Shown here piece by piece: positions 18,369-26,227 of a DNA stretch of 64,000 bases. A program made the translations under genes and the position numbers. The number at the start of each line of letters is the position of its first letter. Position 1 is the first letter of the stretch. The notes beneath the pieces are model-generated. The model did no database searches, was not told the DNA's origin, and saw nothing but the letters and a program-made list of their open reading frames with translations. Source of the DNA: a virus; IMG/VR virus record IMGVR_UViG_3300025759_000073, positions 21,076 through 85,075 of that record, one strand, 5' to 3'.

Positions 18369-19085
18369 CTATTTTTGAACCAATCTTGAAACAAAGAACT
18401 TTCTTTTAAAACCATTCTTTGTTACGTTTAGACGATAATAATCAAAGCCGTTCCCTGTTGAATAAGGATTTTCAACACCTTTTTCTTTCATCCAAGTTTT
18501 ATCATAATAAGTAGTTGAGGAATAAACGTTGACAACGTCGTTGCCTTTGTATTTGTCCAATCCCAATCCAACTGTAGCGTGACCAGATGAATAATCTTCT
18601 GCGAACTGCATTGAAACCCAATCTCCAAATTGGATCTGATAAGGATCGTGCGTTGTGAAAGTTTCAAACCAATCAAAGCGTTCCGGTCTATTTGCTAGCC
18701 ACTTAAACCAACCCATTGCTCCAAGTTCGTCTGTTCGCATTCCATCAATCTCTTCGTCTTTATAAGCAAAGAAAAAGGCCCTTGCAACCTCCCAAGCTTC
18801 TCTGCCTGTAAAGTTGCCTTCTGGTGTTTCAAGATAATCCCCTGTGAACTCCTTCCACGCACGGAAAAAGATTTCCGAAGTGCATCCAACACAATAAGTT
18901 CCTTCGCCTTTTCTCAAAATCCTTCTTTTGTCATAATAGATATCTTCAGTTGAACCACCCCAGCTACCCCTTTTGTAAGGCATTGCTTTGGCATGAATAT
19001 CAATGATTGCTTTTTTAATGCACCATTGCCAATCTGAAATCTCTTCATCGTGTGGTAGAAGAGGGTACTTTTCGTCCATCTTCAT
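18369..19085 (-). CDS. Possible NlpC/P60/CHAP-like cysteine hydrolase (endolysin candidate)
   Basis: GTYCVGCTSEIF...FGDWVSMQF....SGHATV gives a Cys...GD...GH arrangement; lies about 2 kb upstream of the holin. Confidence 0.4.
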   Translation of the reverse strand: MKMDEKYPLLPHDEEISDWQWCIKKAIIDIHAKAMPYKRGSWGGSTEDIYYDKRRILRKGEGTYCVGCTSEIFFRAWKEFTGDYLETPEGNFTGREAWEVARAFFFAYKDEEIDGMRTDELGAMGWFKWLANRPERFDWFETFTTHDPYQIQFGDWVSMQFAEDYSSGHATVGLGLDKYKGNDVVNVYSSTTYYDKTWMKEKGVENPYSTGNGFDYYRLNVTKNGFKRKFFVSRLVQK

Positions 19086-20899
19086 GATTTCAAAATCCTT
19101 ACAACAAATCTTCTTTTGCTTTCTTTGATGAAGTAGTCCTTGGAGGCTTTTGCTTCAGAATCAAATCTGCCCAGAATGTAATCAACAGCCTTTTCTTTAG
19201 AGAAGTCATCACTCAAGTACAAAAGAATTGAGTCGTGAAGGTTATTGAACTTTCCGGTTCGCATCTGAATGACTTCATTCATAACATAAAATGTTTTAAG
19301 TTCTCCGTATTTTTCTGCGTCTTGATATCTTGTGTCCTTTGGCTTCTTCTTCTTCTCTTTCTTTTCTTTCTTATCTTTCTTTGGTTTAAACTCTGGGCGA
19401 ACAGGATTAAAGCGATCTGGTTCTTTCCCTTTCTTACCAGAGGCTGTGATAGAGCGCACACCGGGAACAACCGTTTTGTCTCCTTTTTTAATTCCCAAGA
19501 TATAATCAGCAGCCTCATCAAAACCTTCTGTTTCAATCTTATCCAAAATAACTTTAAGCCAGCTTTGATCTCCAAACTGTTCTGTATATTCTTTGTCCAT
19601 ATCCAACTCTTTAAGGTATGGGCCGACCAACTTCTTATTAATCCTTTCCTCTTCGCTGAATTGTTGTTTAATCTTTTCTAGGTTGACGATAGATTGTTTA
19701 ATTTGATTGATTGCAAATTCAGTAGTAACACCAAGACCTTTCTCTCCAGTCTTTCTGATTTGAGAAGCAACCCACACAATAGCTTGAAGCTCGTGAGGTA
19801 AGAGGCCTAGTTTTTTCGCTTCTTCAGCAACCAGTCCTGCCATATACCGATAAGTAACAACGTTACCCATCATCTTGCCTTTGATCTTTTCCCACTCTTT
19901 TGCCGTTGTAACACCTCTGACATTTGGATAAAAAGCGTCAATCATCCAAGTGTCAATTGTGGAGTTCCACATATAAAGCTCATCGTAGCTAATTTTCCCT
20001 TCTTTATCTCGCCCACCAGACAAATCTGGGGCGATCAAATTCAGGGTGAAGTTTGGAACTTTGTGCGCATTTGTAAACCCTCGAAATTCTCCCTGATTTT
20101 TCTTTTTACCACCGGGAAAGATATTAATATATTCTCTCAAAAGCTCTTTGTTGTCTTTTGCATCCATTTCAACTGCCTTGAACATAAAGGCCGCTTCAGC
20201 CAAGTTCAAAGCAAACTTGGCTCTGGGGCTGTACGTTGCAATAAGAAGACCTAGCAAAGTAGCGTCTTGATCGTTTCCGGTTTCTTCATCGAGGAGATCT
20301 CTAATTTTATGATACCAATCTCTAGCTTTTTCAAAGAGACTATCAACTTCACCACCCTCTTTTAACTCATTAACCATGGCCTGAAAATCTTCCAGAACCC
20401 CTGCGGAAACGGGGAGGACATACCCCCCTTTTTCGAATTCCTCTGGACTCATACGGCCCAGACCTTTTTTCAAACCACTAACGGCCCCAATGTTCTGCTT
20501 CATTTGACCGGACGGGGTGAAAAGCTCCAACCTTCTCATCACAAGTTCTTTGTCTTCTTCGGGCAATTCGCTCCATGAATCGTATCCAAAATGGCGTAGA
20601 GCAATATAATCCTTTTCCTCTTCGGTGGGCTCCACACCTTGCTCTGCCGACTCATTCAAAGCGGTCGCAACAGGCTCTAGATCTTCTACTTCGATTCTGG
20701 GAATATCTTCCGCAGTTCCTCCGGTTCTTTCTTCAAATGCTTTGTAGATCTTTTCGATTGCTTGGTTGATTTTTGACAAGTCTTCTTTTGAAACAACAAA
20801 ACCACCCAAAGAAGAATCATAAGACATTGTTTTGCCTTCTCTCTCTTTGAATTCTTTCATTGTTTTTCGAAAGCTTTCCATGATTAATTTCATCTTCAT
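19082..20899 (-). CDS. Multidomain protein with MKLIMESFRK leader and an HhH-glycosylase-like (DUF7178-like) core
   Basis: ARDWY...LIATYSPR...LNL...KVPNF.LNL...STIDTWM..AF...Y..MA..V.EEAKKLGL.PHELQAIVW. Confidence 0.55.
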   Translation of the reverse strand: MKMKLIMESFRKTMKEFKEREGKTMSYDSSLGGFVVSKEDLSKINQAIEKIYKAFEERTGGTAEDIPRIEVEDLEPVATALNESAEQGVEPTEEEKDYIALRHFGYDSWSELPEEDKELVMRRLELFTPSGQMKQNIGAVSGLKKGLGRMSPEEFEKGGYVLPVSAGVLEDFQAMVNELKEGGEVDSLFEKARDWYHKIRDLLDEETGNDQDATLLGLLIATYSPRAKFALNLAEAAFMFKAVEMDAKDNKELLREYINIFPGGKKKNQGEFRGFTNAHKVPNFTLNLIAPDLSGGRDKEGKISYDELYMWNSTIDTWMIDAFYPNVRGVTTAKEWEKIKGKMMGNVVTYRYMAGLVAEEAKKLGLLPHELQAIVWVASQIRKTGEKGLGVTTEFAINQIKQSIVNLEKIKQQFSEEERINKKLVGPYLKELDMDKEYTEQFGDQSWLKVILDKIETEGFDEAADYILGIKKGDKTVVPGVRSITASGKKGKEPDRFNPVRPEFKPKKDKKEKKEKKKKPKDTRYQDAEKYGELKTFYVMNEVIQMRTGKFNNLHDSILLYLSDDFSKEKAVDYILGRFDSEAKASKDYFIKESKRRFVVRILKS

Positions 20900-21174
20900 T
20901 TAACTTCTTCCTTTTTTATTTTAACAATAAGGTCGCCACTGCCTTTGATTACTCTGTGATAAACAAAAGCAGGAATATAATAAGTTTTTCCTTCTTCAAG
21001 GGTTTTTGGAATTTCATTGTCCATTTGAAGTTGCCAGTCAGAAGATTGCAAAATTGTAACTTCTCTATTTTCTTTGTCTCTATGCCAGATAAGCTCTTCG
21101 GAGTCAACGTTCTCTTTGAACTCTCTGATTACAATATTATTTTCTAGTTTCTTCTCTTTAAAAGGGAATTCCAT
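20896..21174 (-). CDS. Small cupin-like protein
   Basis: ELIWHRDKENR.V......WQLQMDNE.P..L..G..Y.IP...YHRVIKG is a two-His cupin pattern. Confidence 0.65.
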   Translation of the reverse strand: MEFPFKEKKLENNIVIREFKENVDSEELIWHRDKENREVTILQSSDWQLQMDNEIPKTLEEGKTYYIPAFVYHRVIKGSGDLIVKIKKEEVK

Positions 21175-21175
21175 A

Positions 21176-22021
21176 TTACCACCAAGTAAACCTTTTCTTT
21201 GAACCGGTTAAATGCGGATAGCGACCAACACGACAAGCCCAATATCCTGCTTTTGTTTTGTCTTTCTTTTGTTTGCATTTGTGTCGTGCTGCAAAAGACT
21301 TTCTTCTTTCTGGGCTGGCGACTTTGACCGACATTCCTTTGGAGCCAAACGAAACTTTGCGAATGTTTTTGGTTTTTGGGTCTCTGACATAAACATAAAA
21401 CTTCTTGGAACCACCCCTTTGGGGTTTATTAAGCTTAACGTCCTTTCCTTTGTACTTTGCCTCCAAAAGAGACTCTTCCACCATTGGAAAGTCCAATGGA
21501 ACTCTTTCGCCCTCAAAGATGCCGAATTCTCCAATTTCAGTTTCAGAGATATAATATCTTTCAGCTTCTGTTAAACTAACCAAGCCTTTTTTCCAAAGGT
21601 TTCTTGCTTCTTTGAAAAGAGAAAAGAAGTTGTCAGAGTGAATACGATAAATGTTTTTATCAATGGTAATATTGTTGTCCATATGATACTTCATCCCTTC
21701 GGAAAGTCTTTCTTCAAGCATTCCCTGATCTCTGGCAATCTCACCGGCCAGATAATGTTTAACAGAAGAAAGATAATCGGATGCTTTTGTGATCTTTGCA
21801 TCAACCCACTCCGGAAGATCATCTTCGTCTCTGATCATGGAGAGTAGCTTTTCACAATATCTTTGCGCTTTAGCAAGATTTGTCCTAGCCATTGAACCTT
21901 CGTGATCGTGCTTATCAAAGTCGCGACCGTGTTCGCTCCTGCAATAAGAGCACCCGGAATGTGGACATCTTTCATAAACACCAATACATCCTTTCATCTC
22001 TTTCAAAATCTTTATTTTCAT
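21176..22021 (-). CDS. Modular hypothetical protein with a basic C-terminal DUF6321/DUF5754-like domain
   Basis: Modules EGSMA....LPEWVDAKITKASDYL, LSEGMKYH...FKEAR and EAKYKGKDVKLNKP.RGGSKKFYVYV...KVSFG...RRKSFAARHKC...AGYWAC. Confidence 0.65.
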   Translation of the reverse strand: MKIKILKEMKGCIGVYERCPHSGCSYCRSEHGRDFDKHDHEGSMARTNLAKAQRYCEKLLSMIRDEDDLPEWVDAKITKASDYLSSVKHYLAGEIARDQGMLEERLSEGMKYHMDNNITIDKNIYRIHSDNFFSLFKEARNLWKKGLVSLTEAERYYISETEIGEFGIFEGERVPLDFPMVEESLLEAKYKGKDVKLNKPQRGGSKKFYVYVRDPKTKNIRKVSFGSKGMSVKVASPERRKSFAARHKCKQKKDKTKAGYWACRVGRYPHLTGSKKRFTWW

Positions 22022-24003
22022 TTCTTTTTTCCTTTTTTAGAACTTAAAATGTTTATTTTAAATCTCTTTCTTTCAAACATCAACCGGCCTGTTGAAGATT
22101 CTCCTCTGGCGTAACCTTGAATTGCATTCATAATATTTTTATTGTCTTTGTACTTAGATGACAACTTATTGAGAAGGGAGCGGAATCCAGCTTGATCTTT
22201 AGACATGTACGTAATTGCTTCCTTGCTTTCCATTACGCTAATTAAATGTTCATTATTCTTTGGCAAACTCAACAGCATACTTACATAATCCACCAGCAGA
22301 CTAGGTGAAATTCCATATTTCTTAAAGTTTTTCTCGGCAAAGCCGTAATACTCTATTACTTCTCCAATATAATCATACCCTTTCTCAAAGTCTTTTTTAC
22401 CATATTTTAACACAATTTCCTTTTTTATATCTTCTGGTGTTTGTTTATTTGCTAACAAATATTTCCTCATCAACATTCTTTGTTCTGTGTAGGGTTTCTC
22501 GTACTCTTTGACTTTTTCACGATAATAGCGTTTTATTTGATTTGCATTGAGCTTTTTTATGACTCTCGAAAGATAGCTACTAACGTCTTCTCTATCTTTG
22601 GTGCTAGCCCCTTTGCCAACGTAATCTTCAGTAGATTTCTGGTCCTTGTCGAGTGAACCCTCAAAATAAGGATTTTTGAAAATATCTACTATTTCAAAGC
22701 CAGTTTTACTTAAGACAACAAACTCATCAGGGTGTTTACCTCGGCTCTCTTGGGCTCGGGCATCTCCTGTTTGACCGGTACCTCTTTGGAATTTTTGATA
22801 TATCCTTCTTCTTACGTTGAAACCCATTCTTGCTAGGTAGAATCCGGCGTTGAAGTCAAGGCCATATTTTCTAAGCTTATGTTCCACATCTAAAACCACT
22901 TGATATAATTGGGTTAAAGCACCGCCTTCTTCCCAGTCTCGAATCCCAGCCCACCCACGATGGCCAAACTCTTTTTCTCTTCTTCCTGTTTTTGCAAAAT
23001 CGTCAACTTTTGTGATCAATCTTTCCATATCATTTTTTAATGTACCATTGTCGATGACTTGATTTACTTGTCTGCCGATGGTATGCCTCTCTTTGTTGAT
23101 ATCATTTTTAAATCTGGAAACAAAATCATCAAAATTAAAATATTTCCCCATATACCCTTTATAATGGTTTAACACTTCTTGTTGTTTGAAGGCTTTTTTG
23201 AATAAAATGGGAAGAAATTCTTCATAAACTTTAGCAATATCGATAGACGAATGACTAGTCTGTCTATTCGTCTTAAATATATCAAAAAAATCGGTGTTAT
23301 GATCAATTGTTTTTCCAACTGCACTTATCCACAAAGATTTTGTCATAGGATTATTCCGCTCGAAATCGTTCGCTGCTCTGCGGGCCTTCTTTTGATCTTC
23401 TTCACCTAAGCCTTCGATAGCGTCCTCAAGCATATATACTTTCGCCATAATTATCCAACTATCCATAATAGAAGCTATCACCTCAACCTGATCTTTTTGT
23501 GCTTTTTTGATTGCAACCTTTGAGTGTTTTGTGGCCATTTTTTTTAAGATTTTGGCTTTTTCAGCTATTTCCTCTTCAGAGATATTCTCATTACCATCGA
23601 CCAGATCAAGAACTTCATCTGGTCCTGATTTAAATTTAATCAAGAAAATAAAAGGAAGCCCTGCTGCGTATACTGGTGCGCCAACATTTCTATAGTATTC
23701 CAAACTTTCCTCACTAAGGCCCCACCCATATAATCCGGGAGTGTTTGTTTTATAATCTCTGCCATGGAATGCCGGTCTTTCAGATCTAGCATTGAAGTGA
23801 AGCATGTGGTCCTCCTCTCCAACGGGCTTGGCATACTTTTCTAGATGTTTAAAAAGCTTTTCAAGATCCGGTTCTTGAACCTCTTCTGCTGAAACTTCAC
23901 CTTTTACCGTTTTAAACGCGGTTTTTCCTTTTTCAACTTCTTTGTCTAATCTAGTTTTCTCTTTTAAAAGGAACTTCCGCCAGCTTTCCATTGTCAACTT
24001 CAC
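22018..24003 (-). CDS. Large protein with MKLTMESWRKFL leader; possible ADP-ribosyltransferase-like domain
   Basis: GTG start coupled to the upstream stop. Motifs HMLHF...NTPGLYGW.L...PVYA..LPFIFLI...VLDL and HPDEFVVL....EIVDIFKNP. Confidence 0.5.
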   Translation of the reverse strand: MKLTMESWRKFLLKEKTRLDKEVEKGKTAFKTVKGEVSAEEVQEPDLEKLFKHLEKYAKPVGEEDHMLHFNARSERPAFHGRDYKTNTPGLYGWGLSEESLEYYRNVGAPVYAAGLPFIFLIKFKSGPDEVLDLVDGNENISEEEIAEKAKILKKMATKHSKVAIKKAQKDQVEVIASIMDSWIIMAKVYMLEDAIEGLGEEDQKKARRAANDFERNNPMTKSLWISAVGKTIDHNTDFFDIFKTNRQTSHSSIDIAKVYEEFLPILFKKAFKQQEVLNHYKGYMGKYFNFDDFVSRFKNDINKERHTIGRQVNQVIDNGTLKNDMERLITKVDDFAKTGRREKEFGHRGWAGIRDWEEGGALTQLYQVVLDVEHKLRKYGLDFNAGFYLARMGFNVRRRIYQKFQRGTGQTGDARAQESRGKHPDEFVVLSKTGFEIVDIFKNPYFEGSLDKDQKSTEDYVGKGASTKDREDVSSYLSRVIKKLNANQIKRYYREKVKEYEKPYTEQRMLMRKYLLANKQTPEDIKKEIVLKYGKKDFEKGYDYIGEVIEYYGFAEKNFKKYGISPSLLVDYVSMLLSLPKNNEHLISVMESKEAITYMSKDQAGFRSLLNKLSSKYKDNKNIMNAIQGYARGESSTGRLMFERKRFKINILSSKKGKKK

Positions 24004-25766
24004 TTCTTTTTTCCCTTTTTGGCAGATTTTTTACCCCAAGACTTCCCTTTACCTTTGCTTCCACAAGCAGCCGGCGTTGGACGGCAAGAGGGGTATTTTG
24101 CTCTTTTCTCACCTTTCTGACGACCACAAGACTTGCAGGTTTTCTTTCCTGTTTTCTTGTCTGTTCGGCAAGTATTGCAATCAACCCAGCCTTTGCTTTT
24201 TCCTTTACCACCTTGCCTTTCAAACCAACCGTGAAGACCTTTATCTTTTTCTTTGGAAAAGTCAGTCTTTACTTTTTTTTTAGCCTTCTTTTTTTTCTTC
24301 TTTTTTCTTTCTTGGATCATTTTCTCTAATTTATCTGCTTGGCTAGAATGAGCCTCTGAACCTTTTTCAAGTTTTGCTGCGCCATCTTCTAAGTCTTTTG
24401 CCATTTGAGCGTGAGACTCTGATGCTGCTCTTAGCTTTGTTACAATGTCAGCAATTGTTTCCTTGTCTTCTGGAGTGATTTCCCTCTCTTCTGTCAGACC
24501 TTTCCAGATATTTCTCCTTCGCCTTCTTTCTTGCAAAGTATCCACTTTCTCGCAGCCATTCTGCGTTCCGTATAGTTGTTTGCCAAACTCAGCACAATTG
24601 ATCCTATCATCTAAATATTGATATTGCTCAGTTCTATTGTGTCTTTTTAATACCTCTCTTGCTTTTTTCTGAATGTCTATGTCTTTATCCATGTGTTGGA
24701 CGATTATGTGAAAATGGTCCCAATTTTGGTCAGAAAAGTTATTATAATCTGCATCAGACATCATATTGAATAATTTTTTAAATTCTTCTTGTCTAGAGTG
24801 ATCACCAAACAAATCTTCCTTATCAGTTCCATGTTCTTTTGCAAATTCATCAACTAGTTCTTCCGACCATCCACCTGCCGCCTTCAACCGAATCGCCCAA
24901 ATTTGTCTTAATTCCTGATCGCCTTTTGCTAGTTGCGATAGTTTTTGTTTAATGTCGCCCTCACCTGCCGCCTCGTTTAGCTCTTCTGTTAGACCTTTCC
25001 AGATCTTTCCCCTGCGACACTGAACAACTGCGCCGCTAGCGTAGGCTGAAGGCCACACATCATATTTTCTTTTTGCAATGCGAGTGCAACGATCGTCTTT
25101 GCCTTTCTTCTTTTTGGATTTTTTCTTCTTTTTTTTCTTTTTGGCCTCTTCCAGTGCTAATCTAACCTCCTCTAGAATGATCGCACTTAATTCTTCAATA
25201 TTCATATTTTTGCTTTCCTTATAAAGAACATAATCCATTTCATCAATATGTTCAGGGGCGTTTCTTAACATTTGAGTTGCTTCTTCAAAAGGCACAATCC
25301 TAACATCGTATATGGGAAGCCTTTCAACATCCCACTTCACCTCTTCAACGTAACCATACTTTGGAGGGACATCAGTCTTGAAAATGATTGCTACGATGTC
25401 CTCATCGCCTAGGTGAGTAGTTTGCACTCCGGGTACAAAATCTCCCCAAATCAATGAAACCGCGTCAATCGTATCTGTTCCAAACTTCTTTATACCTTCG
25501 GGCTGTCGAAGTAGTACTCCCATCTCTCTAATCTTGTAAGCTCTATCTCGCAGGGTGAAGTGCAGAAATACATCATCTTCTACGTTTTTGTACAAAGTGT
25601 CTTCCAAGATCAGATCCTCGTTAACTTCTGCTGCATAAAGCGCTTTTTTGTAATCCTCCGGATCGTCTGTGCATCCGACACGCTTTCCGCTTTTTTTGTA
25701 GACAACGTGCGTTCCGGAAGAGCCATCTGATTTTTTACACTTTGTTTTTCTAATCTTATAAGGCAT
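24000..25766 (-). CDS. Modular polyprotein-like accessory protein (ART-like, DUF5872-like and DUF6624-like modules, poly-Lys tracts)
   Basis: Modules LHFT....I.E.G.LL, KYDVWPSAYASGAVV, DQELR...IVQH...YLDDR.....KQLYGTQ and GLHGWF...WVD...CGR...KYPSCRP, separated by L/I-x-E sites. Confidence 0.65.
   Translation of the reverse strand: MPYKIRKTKCKKSDGSSGTHVVYKKSGKRVGCTDDPEDYKKALYAAEVNEDLILEDTLYKNVEDDVFLHFTLRDRAYKIREMGVLLRQPEGIKKFGTDTIDAVSLIWGDFVPGVQTTHLGDEDIVAIIFKTDVPPKYGYVEEVKWDVERLPIYDVRIVPFEEATQMLRNAPEHIDEMDYVLYKESKNMNIEELSAIILEEVRLALEEAKKKKKKKKSKKKKGKDDRCTRIAKRKYDVWPSAYASGAVVQCRRGKIWKGLTEELNEAAGEGDIKQKLSQLAKGDQELRQIWAIRLKAAGGWSEELVDEFAKEHGTDKEDLFGDHSRQEEFKKLFNMMSDADYNNFSDQNWDHFHIIVQHMDKDIDIQKKAREVLKRHNRTEQYQYLDDRINCAEFGKQLYGTQNGCEKVDTLQERRRRRNIWKGLTEEREITPEDKETIADIVTKLRAASESHAQMAKDLEDGAAKLEKGSEAHSSQADKLEKMIQERKKKKKKKAKKKVKTDFSKEKDKGLHGWFERQGGKGKSKGWVDCNTCRTDKKTGKKTCKSCGRQKGEKRAKYPSCRPTPAACGSKGKGKSWGKKSAKKGKKK
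24486..25004. repeat. 24-bp direct repeats (23/24 identical) flanking an inserted domain
   Basis: ctcttctgtcagacctttccagat (24486-24509) and ctcttctgttagacctttccagat (24981-25004); both encode IWKGLTEE. Confidence 0.9.
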
Positions 25767-26185
25767 TATTTTTCACCTTTTTCTTGCCATTCGTAAGAAA
25801 CTTTATCTTCTTTAATTGGCCCGCCTGCTGCCCAAGTGTAGCAAGTTCTTGCGCTGTGGCATTTGAAGTGGTGCATCCAGCAATAGCCCAATCGACCATC
25901 TTCATCAGAGACAGGGCCGGGCATACAATCGTCCATTCTGGGTGAAATATCAAAAGCAACACAATTGCCGCATTTGGACTTTTTAGCCACGTCGGGGGTA
26001 GTGTTCCAATGCTCTGCGGCTCTTTCCCAGTAAGCCTCGTCAGAGAGGTTCAAAGGGCCGTATTGGATGTGTTTTGCCTTGATTGAAGCGTTTCTGTTTT
26101 TGGTGTTTAGCTCTAGATCTTGTGTGGCAGGAGGGCATTTACCTCCTGAAATGGGGAGTTTTTTGAGGAATTTAATTTTGATCAT
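25766..26185 (-). CDS. Cys/His-rich hypothetical metal-binding protein
   Basis: CPPATQD...CGNCVAF...C...LGYCWMHHFKCHSARTCYTW. Confidence 0.65.
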   Translation of the reverse strand: MIKIKFLKKLPISGGKCPPATQDLELNTKNRNASIKAKHIQYGPLNLSDEAYWERAAEHWNTTPDVAKKSKCGNCVAFDISPRMDDCMPGPVSDEDGRLGYCWMHHFKCHSARTCYTWAAGGPIKEDKVSYEWQEKGEK

Positions 26186-26212
26186 TGTTGAGCGCCTTTT
26201 ATATATTTATAT

Positions 26213-26221
26213 ATAAATAGG
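26213..26221 (-). promoter_or_regulatory. Putative late promoter CCTATTTAT heading the accessory block
   Basis: Intergenic, 28 nt upstream of ATG 26185, just after the SbcCD-like stop. Confidence 0.55.
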
Positions 26222-26227
26222 TGCTTT

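Noticed and set aside
24270-25145. Long A/T runs as possible frameshift or phase-variation sites
   Set aside because: They encode in-frame poly-Lys tracts, the ORF is intact and no alternative-frame product is evident.
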